Shown: piece after piece, positions 38,752 to 46,608 of the stretch
Layout of the letters: every line of letters starts with the position of its first letter
Numbering within the stretch: position 1 is the first letter of the stretch
NCBI GenBank assembly: GCA_902544065.1
Contig: CACCAS010000004.1
Location: 64,219 to 128,218 of the forward strand
Direction: 5' to 3'
DNA: 64,000 nt
Origin: an uncultured Pelagibacteraceae bacterium
Lineage (GTDB): Bacteria > Pseudomonadota > Alphaproteobacteria > Pelagibacterales > AG-422-B15
Position numbers and translations under genes: made by a program
The notes under the pieces: generated by a model
What the model saw: only the letters and a program-made list of their open reading frames with translations
The model's database searches: none
Told to the model about the DNA's origin: nothing

Positions 38752-39371
38752 AAGATCATACAAACGATAAACCTGATTTCTATAATGATCTTGATAAGAC
38801 TTATGAAAATATTTGGGATCAACTCATAATTGGTAAATCAAAGTCAAAATCTGAATTACATCAAGGTTATGTTTCAACATTTAATGACTCATTTCCATCG
38901 ATTAGAACAGTTGTCTTAAGGCATGTTGATAAGAAAAATAATACCATAAGTTTTCATACGGATATCCGATCCAGTAAAATTGATGAAATCAAAAAAAATA
39001 ATTCAGTAACCATGCTGTTTTACGATCATGGCAAAAAGATACAAATTAAAGTATCGGGAAAAGCTGAAATCAATCATAAAAACGATAAAGCAAAATTAGC
39101 CTGGGATAACTCAAGGTCATTTAGTAAAAAATGTTATGTTGTTGAAAAGGCGCCTGGAACCCCTTCTGATGAACCAACATCAGGATACCTGCCAGAGCAT
39201 GAAAATGAACTACCGGACGATGATCTTTTACAAAACGGTTACAACAACTTCACTTTGGTAGAAATTCAAATTCACTCAATTGAGTGGCTTTATTTGCATC
39301 GTCAAGGTCATCGCCGAGCATTGTTTACATCCACAAATGGCAGTTTAAACAAGGAATGGCTAACGCCATAA
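38745..39371 (+). CDS. Divergent PdxH-type (pyridoxamine 5'-phosphate oxidase-like) FMN flavoprotein
   Basis: Aligns by eye with the PdxH core (RTVVLRHVDKKNNTISFHTDIRSSKIDEIKKNNSVTMLFY) and PdxH C-terminus (IEWLYLHRQGHRRALF...EWLTP); 7-nt overlap with the SDR gene. Confidence 0.7.
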   Translation: MVKDHTNDKPDFYNDLDKTYENIWDQLIIGKSKSKSELHQGYVSTFNDSFPSIRTVVLRHVDKKNNTISFHTDIRSSKIDEIKKNNSVTMLFYDHGKKIQIKVSGKAEINHKNDKAKLAWDNSRSFSKKCYVVEKAPGTPSDEPTSGYLPEHENELPDDDLLQNGYNNFTLVEIQIHSIEWLYLHRQGHRRALFTSTNGSLNKEWLTP

Positions 39372-39407
39372 TAGTGTCTAAATAAAGCAAGAAAAGGTTA
39401 AATAGTT

Positions 39408-40244
39408 TTGAAATATTTGTCAGAAAATAGATATAAAGGAGAGATAAAAGGTTTGGTATTAGACTGGAGTGGAACTACTGCTGACGCATACGTGATTGCT
39501 CCAACTATAGTGTTTGTTGAGGTTTTTAAGAAACAAAAGGTTGTAATCTCCATGGAAGAGGCAAGAGAACCCATGGGTTTACGAAAAGATTTACATATAA
39601 AAGCACTCACAGAGAACGCTGAAATAAGAAAGCGCTGGAACATAGTACATGGTAAAGACCCACAAATGTCTGATGTTGAAAATATGTACGCAGATTTTGT
39701 TCCACTGCAGCTTAAATGCTTAAAACAATACTCAAAATTATTACCCGGAACAGCAGAAGTAATTAAACGGGTTCAAAATAGCGGTATAAAAGTTGGTTGC
39801 ACAACTGGTTTTGTGCGGTCAATGGTTAATATTTTAGAGGAAGAATCAGCAAAACAGGGATATGTCCCTGATGCGTCAGTTGCAGGTGATGATGTTAAAA
39901 ATGGCGTTCGGCCCCTTCCCCACATGTTATATAAAAATTTAGATATAATGAATATAGAATCCATTCAATCAGTTATAAAAGTTGATGATACTGTTTCAGG
40001 AATTGGAGAAGCAATTAATGCTGGTTGTTGGGGTGTTGGTGTAACGAGATATTCGAATTATATGAATATAAATTCCTTAGAAGAAGCTGATGAACTGAGT
40101 AAAGAAGAAATTGATATGAAACAAGGATATGCAAAAGATCTGCTTTATAAAGCAGGTGCGCATTACGTAATAGAAACTATTGCAGATATCGAGGCCGTTA
40201 TTGATGATATTAACAAAAGGCTTTCACGTGGTGAAGGGCCTTAA
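39408..40244 (+). CDS. phnX: Phosphonoacetaldehyde hydrolase (phosphonatase)
   Basis: HAD nucleophile motif LDWSGTT, EEAREPMGLRKDLHIKALTE (Schiff-base Lys region), KVDDTVSG; aligns along its full length with remembered Bacillus PhnX; TTG start. Confidence 0.85.
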   Translation: MKYLSENRYKGEIKGLVLDWSGTTADAYVIAPTIVFVEVFKKQKVVISMEEAREPMGLRKDLHIKALTENAEIRKRWNIVHGKDPQMSDVENMYADFVPLQLKCLKQYSKLLPGTAEVIKRVQNSGIKVGCTTGFVRSMVNILEEESAKQGYVPDASVAGDDVKNGVRPLPHMLYKNLDIMNIESIQSVIKVDDTVSGIGEAINAGCWGVGVTRYSNYMNINSLEEADELSKEEIDMKQGYAKDLLYKAGAHYVIETIADIEAVIDDINKRLSRGEGP

Positions 40245-40756
40245 AAGTTGATTACAAATTTTTCTTGTTCCTCTGTTTCAATTGTACCTGGCCGGCAATT
40301 CCTTACATGATTTATGCATTGCTTTGAATCTAGTCCTAGTGCCTTTAAAATAAGTGAAGCAAACATTCCAGATCTACCTAATCCAGCATAACAATGCAGG
40401 TAAACATTTTTATTGAGTTCTAACTGAGTAACACAATCTCTGATAATTTGACTATATTCATTTTTTTTAATCTGAGCTGGAATACCATAGTTTTTTATGG
40501 GCATGCTGTAGGCCCTAACATTCTTCTCCTCTAGATCTTTATGGAACTGATTAATTTCAAAATTTCTAATTTCATTAAGTTCTATCAATGAAACAACGAG
40601 TGATATATTTAAGTCGATGATAATGGTTAAATCTTTTTTATAAGTAAATTTATCAAATCTAGAATTACTGATACCTGGACAACTGGATATAACCAAATTA
40701 CCAAGATTTTTTTTTGCTTTAACAATTTTCGAAAGCTTTATTTTAGTAAAGTTCAA
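40241..40756 (-). CDS. Cys-based dual-specificity phosphatase, KAP/CDKN3-like
   Basis: PTP loop HCYAGLGRSG (HCx5R), downstream RPGTIETEEQ motif; TTG start in TTGA overlap with the upstream HD gene; no signal peptide. Confidence 0.7.
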   Translation of the reverse strand: MNFTKIKLSKIVKAKKNLGNLVISSCPGISNSRFDKFTYKKDLTIIIDLNISLVVSLIELNEIRNFEINQFHKDLEEKNVRAYSMPIKNYGIPAQIKKNEYSQIIRDCVTQLELNKNVYLHCYAGLGRSGMFASLILKALGLDSKQCINHVRNCRPGTIETEEQEKFVINF

Positions 40757-41352
40757 ATATAGGACTTTGTAATAAAAGGATGAAAGAATGAAATAGCTTC
40801 AGTTTTCTTTCCCCTAATTTTTGCATTGTCATCATACTTTCGAAGTCTTACTGCATCTTCAAAATATTTATGACTTTCCAGTTTTCGAATAGCATCTTTG
40901 TTTAAATATCCGCCTTGAAGTTTAAAACTTCTTTTGGAGCCATCTGAAAGACCGTCATAATAATCTGATTGAACGGAACATAGATATCTCTTTGCAATAA
41001 CGTGCATTTTAATTGGGTAAGTAACTTCTTCAGGGAAATACTTGGATAAAAAAGATGCAGCAACGTTTTCATGATACTTGTCATTGTTTAAAAAATCATG
41101 GCTATTTACATCTTCGCCAGTCAACATATGCCCTAAATCGTGAAATAATGAAGCAGTAATAAATTTATCACTTTCATTATTTTCTTTAGCTAAGGTTGCG
41201 CACTGAAGAGCATGTTGTAATTGAGTAATCTCTTCGTCATAAAAACTGCACGAACCTCTTTGATCAATAATTTCACATAAAACATTGGTACGCTCAATAA
41301 TTGAAGCTGAATTTAATTTATTTTCTAGAGATTGGATTTTATCTAATTGCAT
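40753..41352 (-). CDS. HD-domain (MIOX/PhnZ/TmpB-type) phosphonate-degradation oxygenase-like protein
   Basis: QLQHALQCA, SLFHDLGH, HVIAKRYL, YYDGLSDGSKRSFKLQGG, LRKYDDNAK: the ligand and motif pattern of PhnZ-type diiron oxygenases. Confidence 0.75.
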   Translation of the reverse strand: MQLDKIQSLENKLNSASIIERTNVLCEIIDQRGSCSFYDEEITQLQHALQCATLAKENNESDKFITASLFHDLGHMLTGEDVNSHDFLNNDKYHENVAASFLSKYFPEEVTYPIKMHVIAKRYLCSVQSDYYDGLSDGSKRSFKLQGGYLNKDAIRKLESHKYFEDAVRLRKYDDNAKIRGKKTEAISFFHPFITKSYI

Positions 41353-41397
41353 GATTTAAATGATTAATTATATTTTTTTTAATGTCAATAATTTGAG

Positions 41398-41447
41398 CTG
41401 TAACATTAGTGTAATAAATTGCAAAATATCTGTCATAAAAATGCAAC
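41398..41447 (+). promoter_or_regulatory. Tandem Pho boxes (PhoB sites) upstream of phnC
   Basis: CTGTAAC-atta-GTGTAAT-aaat-TGCAAAA-tat-CTGTCAT-aaaa-ATGCAAC: 7-bp direct repeats at 10-11 bp phasing, ending 40 nt before the phnC ATG. Confidence 0.7.
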
Positions 41448-41486
41448 TTTGATTTAATTTTTTTGTATTACTTTTCATTCATACTA

Positions 41487-42290
41487 ATGATCAAAGTAGA
41501 GAAATTAAATAAGTATTTTGGTGACAACCGTGCAGTAAACGATGTCACATTTGAAATTAATAAACCTGAAATGATTGGTATCATTGGCAGATCTGGTGCT
41601 GGAAAGTCAACATTACTGAGAATAATGAATCGTCTAACCGACGCAACTAGTGGATCTATTTTTATTGAAGGTAGAAATATACTTTCATTAACAAAGAAAG
41701 ACAAACGAGCATGGCAAAAAGATTGTGCCATGATATTTCAGCAATTCAATCTTGTGCCCCGTTTAGATGTTTTAACAAATGTAATTCTTGGAAGATCAAA
41801 TATTCAAGGTACTTTACGATCAAGCTTAAAACTTTTCACTAAAGATGAACGCGTTGATGCATTGATGGCTCTGGATAAATTGGGAATGGCTGAAACCGCG
41901 CTGCAAAGAGCAGAGACTTTATCTGGTGGACAGCAACAAAGGGTTGCAATTTGTAGAGCTATGATGCAGCAACCAAAAATGATTTTAGCCGACGAGCCTA
42001 TTGCATCGCTAGACCCTCTTAATGCCCGACTTGTAATGGAATCACTTAGAAATATTCATAGAGAAAAGCAGATTACTGTTCTTGCAAATCTTCATACTCT
42101 TGATACCGCTAAAAATTATTGTGACAGAATCATTGGCATGAGACTTGGGGAAATTGTTTTTGATGATGTACCTTCAAGTTTAAAAGATGATGTTGCTAGA
42201 GAAATTTATGGCGCTGAAGCTGAAGAAGCATTTGAACCAACAGTTACTTCAACTTCACTTGGTGACGAACAGTTTGCAGAGGCAGGATAA
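41487..42290 (+). CDS. phnC: Phosphonate ABC transporter ATP-binding protein
   Basis: Walker [10 protein letters not shown], signature LSGGQQQRV, Walker B ILADEP; start set at ATG 41487 (MIKVEKL) rather than TTG 41463. Confidence 0.9.
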   Translation: MIKVEKLNKYFGDNRAVNDVTFEINKPEMIGIIGRSGAGKSTLLRIMNRLTDATSGSIFIEGRNILSLTKKDKRAWQKDCAMIFQQFNLVPRLDVLTNVILGRSNIQGTLRSSLKLFTKDERVDALMALDKLGMAETALQRAETLSGGQQQRVAICRAMMQQPKMILADEPIASLDPLNARLVMESLRNIHREKQITVLANLHTLDTAKNYCDRIIGMRLGEIVFDDVPSSLKDDVAREIYGAEAEEAFEPTVTSTSLGDEQFAEAG

Positions 42291-42343
42291 TGTTAGCCTT
42301 TTCAAAAAAAAAACTTAACAACTAACAAGGAGATATACTAAAA

Positions 42344-43303
42344 ATGATTAAAAATTTAGTAAGGTCTATTATTGCTTGTTCATTCCTATTTGTGTCTGCA
42401 AATGCATACGCATGGGATGTATCTGGCTATAAAGGGCCAACAATGGACTTGAGTAAATATCAACCTGAAATGAGACTTGGATTTTTAGGCGATGAATCAG
42501 CTCAAGACATTATTAAGAATAATGCATGTCTAAAGGAATATGCGGAAGTTGCATATGGAGTACCAGCTAAAATTTATACTTTTAAAGATTATGCAGGAAC
42601 AATGGAGTCAATGCTTGGTGGCAGCTTAGACTATGCTTGGTTTGGCTCATCAGGATATGCGGGTATATATCTAGAAGATCCTACCGCTACTGTACCAATT
42701 TTAACCAGAATGCAGCCAACAGGAGATATGGGCTATTATTCAGTCATGGTTACAAGAGCAGACTCAGGTATCAATTCAATTGATGATTTAAAAGGTAAAT
42801 CTTTTGGATGGGCTGATCCTAATTCAACATCTGGTTATCTAATACCATCAATCGAATTAAAAGCTGCAGGAATGGATCCAGACTCATACTTTGGCTCTAC
42901 ACAATTTTCAGGTGGTCATGAAAATAACGTTTTGGCAGTTCTTAATGGTGATATCGATGCAGGTGTGACATGGGTATCTGGAGTTGGTGAATGGAGCGAA
43001 GGTTACTCTTCTGGAAATCTGAGAAAAATGGTTGATAAAGGACTATTAAATATGGATGACATCAAACAGATTTGGTCATCTGCTTTGATACCAAATGGAC
43101 CGATTGTAATGCCAACTAATATGCCTGTGAGAGCGCATCAGGTCATGGTAGGCATGAAGCAGTGGATCCATGAAAATGACCCACAATGCAGCGAGAATGT
43201 TGCAAATGGAGTTGTTAAAGCTTGGGTGCCAGTCGACCATAGTTTCTATGAAACTATTGTAGCTGCTCGTAAAGCTAAAATTGAAGCTAAAAAAGCCGAA
43301 TAA
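42344..43303 (+). CDS. phnD: Phosphonate ABC transporter periplasmic binding protein
   Basis: Signal peptide, PhnD-type motifs (DPNSTSGYLIP, HENNVLAVLNGDIDAG); GGAG SD upstream. Confidence 0.85.
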   Translation: MIKNLVRSIIACSFLFVSANAYAWDVSGYKGPTMDLSKYQPEMRLGFLGDESAQDIIKNNACLKEYAEVAYGVPAKIYTFKDYAGTMESMLGGSLDYAWFGSSGYAGIYLEDPTATVPILTRMQPTGDMGYYSVMVTRADSGINSIDDLKGKSFGWADPNSTSGYLIPSIELKAAGMDPDSYFGSTQFSGGHENNVLAVLNGDIDAGVTWVSGVGEWSEGYSSGNLRKMVDKGLLNMDDIKQIWSSALIPNGPIVMPTNMPVRAHQVMVGMKQWIHENDPQCSENVANGVVKAWVPVDHSFYETIVAARKAKIEAKKAE

Positions 43304-43327
43304 ATTTCGGTAGTTGTTTGCTAACTT

Positions 43328-43353
43328 AAGAGGATGGCATGCCCCATCCTCTT
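43328..43353 (+). promoter_or_regulatory. Intercistronic stem-loop after phnD
   Basis: Perfect 10-bp stem AAGAGGATGG/CCATCCTCTT with 6-nt loop, 25 nt after the phnD stop; no adjacent U-tract. Confidence 0.5.
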
Positions 43354-43367
43354 AATTAGCAGTTTAT

Positions 43368-44234
43368 TTGGAGGAAACATTGCAATCATCATTGCCAGAA
43401 AATTTAATTAAAATTGAAAATAATTTAAAATCTCTTACAAGAACAAGATCAATTTATTCTTTTCTCTCAATTGCGGCATTGATAGCAGTTATTTATTCGG
43501 GTTTAATTGTAGCAGAAACAGGAAATGCGACTAGCATCTGGGTTGGATTACCTAAATTTTTCGATTACCCAGTTGATCTATTTGTTGGGTCATGGGAATA
43601 CGGCTATAGATGGAATTTATTGTTACTTGAATACCTTCCAGATTTAATAAGCACTATTAATATGGCTCTATTTTCAACAGCAATGGGTACGTTGCTAGCC
43701 TTTTTTTTAAGTATTTTTTCAAGTCGTAATCTAATCAAAAGTAAAACTACTGTATTAATATTTCGACGCATCATGGATATATGCAGATCGTTTCCAGAAT
43801 TAGTTATTGCGCTTGTTTTGTTGTATCTACTGGGAAAGTCAGCACTGCCTGCTGTAATTGCCATCATAATTCATACCGCAGGAGCTCTTGGCAAATTGTT
43901 TTCAGAAGCTATTGAGAATGTCGACAAAAATCCAATTGAAGGTCTTGAGTCCTGTGGAGCTTCATGGTTTACCAGAATAAGATTTGGTGTGGTAACTCAG
44001 GCACTCCCTCTATTTCTAACTTACACAATTTTAAGATTTGAGATTAATATAAGGGCTTCAACTATTTTGGGATTTGTTGGCGCTGGAGGTATCGGTGAGC
44101 AACTTTACACTAATATACAGTGGAAATATGAAGCTGACACTATTGCAATAATGTTTTTACTTGTGTCTACGATCATTGCATTGGATTACTTATCAAGTTA
44201 TTGGCGAAAATCATTAATAGGATTGAAATCATGA
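43368..44234 (+). CDS. phnE: Phosphonate ABC transporter permease (short form)
   Basis: 6 TM, EAA-type loop SEAIENVDKNPIEGLESCGASWFTRIRFGVVTQALP; TTG start. Confidence 0.85.
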   Translation: MEETLQSSLPENLIKIENNLKSLTRTRSIYSFLSIAALIAVIYSGLIVAETGNATSIWVGLPKFFDYPVDLFVGSWEYGYRWNLLLLEYLPDLISTINMALFSTAMGTLLAFFLSIFSSRNLIKSKTTVLIFRRIMDICRSFPELVIALVLLYLLGKSALPAVIAIIIHTAGALGKLFSEAIENVDKNPIEGLESCGASWFTRIRFGVVTQALPLFLTYTILRFEINIRASTILGFVGAGGIGEQLYTNIQWKYEADTIAIMFLLVSTIIALDYLSSYWRKSLIGLKS

Positions 44235-45640
44235 ACAGGTCTGAAATTATTAAAAATTATTCAGATATAGTAGTTACTAAATTTTCATCTAAAATGTGGT
44301 CAACTTTTTTAGTGCTCGGGATTATAGTGTATTTAATCATAGCAATTTTAAGCCTCGACATATTGCAGATTCATAAAAAATGGAGTCCTGAAAGAGCTTC
44401 TTTGTTTGCCCTCGACACATATGCACATAAAGACCATGTCACAATGAAATGGAGTGAACCAGATGATATAATTATATCCTTTGAAGGAAGCAGGTGGTCT
44501 CAGTATGTTGGCCCCTATCAAAAAAGTGACGGTCTTCCAGAAAGGTATCCTGAATGGACTTCCATAGGTCCAGAGGGTGAAACAAAAATAAGTTTTAAAA
44601 ATGGAGGGTTTGCAAATCTATACGATGATAAAGTTACAATAGAAAACTGGCCAGACACCAAAGAAACACTTGTTTTTCGTCTTGATGCACAAGGTAAGCC
44701 TTACGTTGAAAATGTAGATAATCTCCCAAAATGGATAAGGGTAACGGAAAATAAAATAGAGGTTAGACCATCTCTTTACGAAAGAGTTCAAGTTTATTCA
44801 AAAAAAGTTGAAGTACATAGGTACAATCTTGGTTGGAACTATTTCTGGTTTGACTTTGACAGTCCTTTAGAACCATATGGAATTTGGAATGCTATTTCAC
44901 TTTCATTCTCAGGCGATAGAGTTGACCCCAATATTTCAAATTTTTCGCTTCTAATTCAAGAATTTCTAAATAATGATATGTGGCATCATGGACAAATATT
45001 GTGGGCTTTATTAGAGACAATTTTTATGGCTCTATTGGGCACCCTACTAGCAGCTCTTCTGGGTTTTCCTCTGGCATTTTTTGCAGCTTACAATGTAACG
45101 CCTTTTAAATTTGTTCGAACGATATTAAGACGGTTATTTGATACATTAAGAGGCATCGATTTTTTGATTTGGAGCTTAATTTTTTTAAGAGCCTTCGGAC
45201 CAGGACCATTTACTGGAATATTTGCTATTGCAATTACAGATACAGGAACTCTTGGAAAATTAATGTCTGAAGCAATAGAAAACACTGAAGAAAAGCAACA
45301 AGAAGGTGTAGAGTCTACGGGAGCGAATAAAACTCTTCAACACAGATTTGGAATTATACCTCAAATACTTCCTATTTTTATTTCCCAAACTCTTTACTAC
45401 TTAGAATCAAACACGAGAGGAGCTGTTATTATAGGTGCCATGGGCGCAGGCGGCATAGGTTTACAATTACTTGGAGCAATAAATACGGGTACCAGTTGGG
45501 AAAATGTTATGTATATGTCATTATTGATTTTAGGAGTTGTTATTTTCATGGATACAATGTCCGCAAAAGTAAGAAGAGCTTTGATTGGTGATGAAACGCT
45601 AGGAGCAGAATTACAATTGGCAAAAATGGCAAAAAAATAA
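44231..45640 (+). CDS. phnE: Phosphonate ABC transporter permease (long form with about 215-aa extracytoplasmic insertion)
   Basis: ATGA overlap with the first phnE; one TM, then a hydrophilic Trp-rich domain, then a canonical PhnE core with loop SEAIENTEEKQQEGVESTGANKTLQHRFGIIPQILP. Confidence 0.85.
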   Translation: MNRSEIIKNYSDIVVTKFSSKMWSTFLVLGIIVYLIIAILSLDILQIHKKWSPERASLFALDTYAHKDHVTMKWSEPDDIIISFEGSRWSQYVGPYQKSDGLPERYPEWTSIGPEGETKISFKNGGFANLYDDKVTIENWPDTKETLVFRLDAQGKPYVENVDNLPKWIRVTENKIEVRPSLYERVQVYSKKVEVHRYNLGWNYFWFDFDSPLEPYGIWNAISLSFSGDRVDPNISNFSLLIQEFLNNDMWHHGQILWALLETIFMALLGTLLAALLGFPLAFFAAYNVTPFKFVRTILRRLFDTLRGIDFLIWSLIFLRAFGPGPFTGIFAIAITDTGTLGKLMSEAIENTEEKQQEGVESTGANKTLQHRFGIIPQILPIFISQTLYYLESNTRGAVIIGAMGAGGIGLQLLGAINTGTSWENVMYMSLLILGVVIFMDTMSAKVRRALIGDETLGAELQLAKMAKK

Positions 45641-45693
45641 TTTTTTTTTTGAGATCTTAATATTTTTTTAACAATCTATTTGTACAATTAATT

Positions 45694-46131
45694 ATGACCA
45701 AATTTATTCAATTCTTTTTAATAACGTCGTACATGTTATCATCTCTTGCTCTTGCAGACAGTCATGAAGACAATACAATTGGGCAAGCTGGAAGTGACTA
45801 TTCTACCAATACTGAAAGTACATACGAGAGCAATATAGGAAACTGTGAAGATTTAAGTATATTAATGCTCCGTGGATCAATTAAAAACGATATACAGCGA
45901 GCTGACCCAGATTCAGCAACGAAAGCACATAATTTAATGCTTGAAGGAATGGAATTGTGTAATAAAAATCAAAACGTCCTTGCAAAAATGAAATTGAAAG
46001 AGGCTCAAACTATAGCGAGAGAAGGCAATGTTGCCGGACAAGATATGAGAATTGGAATTGTTAATGAGTCAGACGAACTGCAAGAAGAGACAGAAAATGA
46101 AAAAGAAAAGTCATGGTGGCAGATTTTTTAA
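45694..46131 (+). CDS. Secreted hypothetical protein (145 aa, helical, acidic C-terminus)
   Basis: Signal peptide MTKFIQFFLITSYMLSSLALA; no recognised family. Confidence 0.5.
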   Translation: MTKFIQFFLITSYMLSSLALADSHEDNTIGQAGSDYSTNTESTYESNIGNCEDLSILMLRGSIKNDIQRADPDSATKAHNLMLEGMELCNKNQNVLAKMKLKEAQTIAREGNVAGQDMRIGIVNESDELQEETENEKEKSWWQIF

Positions 46132-46476
46132 CTACACCTCTTCTAATAACGTACAAAAGCCAGGATCACTACCATTAAAAAAAGTTTCTATATTAGAAGA
46201 ACAGTGATTAATCACACATTGGTCTGACTCATAAAAATAATCATCAATATTTTTAGCTGATTTAATATTCTGCAACATACAAAGACTATACTCATTGAAG
46301 TTACTGCTAGGATGAGTATTAAAATATATTTCACAATTAATTATTGTCTCATCGTACCCTATTTCTAGAGATGAAGTGTTTTGAAAGTAAGCTATACAAC
46401 TCTTAAAGTCGTCAGCATAGATGTTTGTGCTCAGCAGAATTTTAAAAATGAACATTATTAGTACGAATCGTTTCAT
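46132..46476 (-). CDS. Secreted Cys-rich hypothetical protein (114 aa, 6 Cys)
   Basis: Signal peptide MKRFVLIMFIFKILLSTNIYA; six Cys in the mature part; no recognised family. Confidence 0.5.
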   Translation of the reverse strand: MKRFVLIMFIFKILLSTNIYADDFKSCIAYFQNTSSLEIGYDETIINCEIYFNTHPSSNFNEYSLCMLQNIKSAKNIDDYFYESDQCVINHCSSNIETFFNGSDPGFCTLLEEV

Positions 46477-46513
46477 GTAATATTATTGTAATATTTCTTA
46501 ACATTTTTGTAAT
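46475..46513 (+). promoter_or_regulatory. Candidate Pho box(es) upstream of the MFS gene
   Basis: ATGTAAT-atta-TTGTAAT (11-bp phasing), then an exact repeat of the 11-mer TTGTAATATTT 21 bp later (46486 and 46507); a further TTGTAA at 46549. Confidence 0.45.
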
Positions 46514-46608
46514 ATTTAAAAATTGGTAAACAATCTATTTTTTAACTATTGTAAAAATAACAAATTTATTCAATGACTTATAAAAACAAATACTAAACAG
46601 GCATCAAG

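Noticed and set aside
45641-45693. T-run and TTGTACA sequence after phnE2 as a terminator or Pho box
   Set aside because: No stem-loop precedes the T-run, and there is only a single degenerate half-site.
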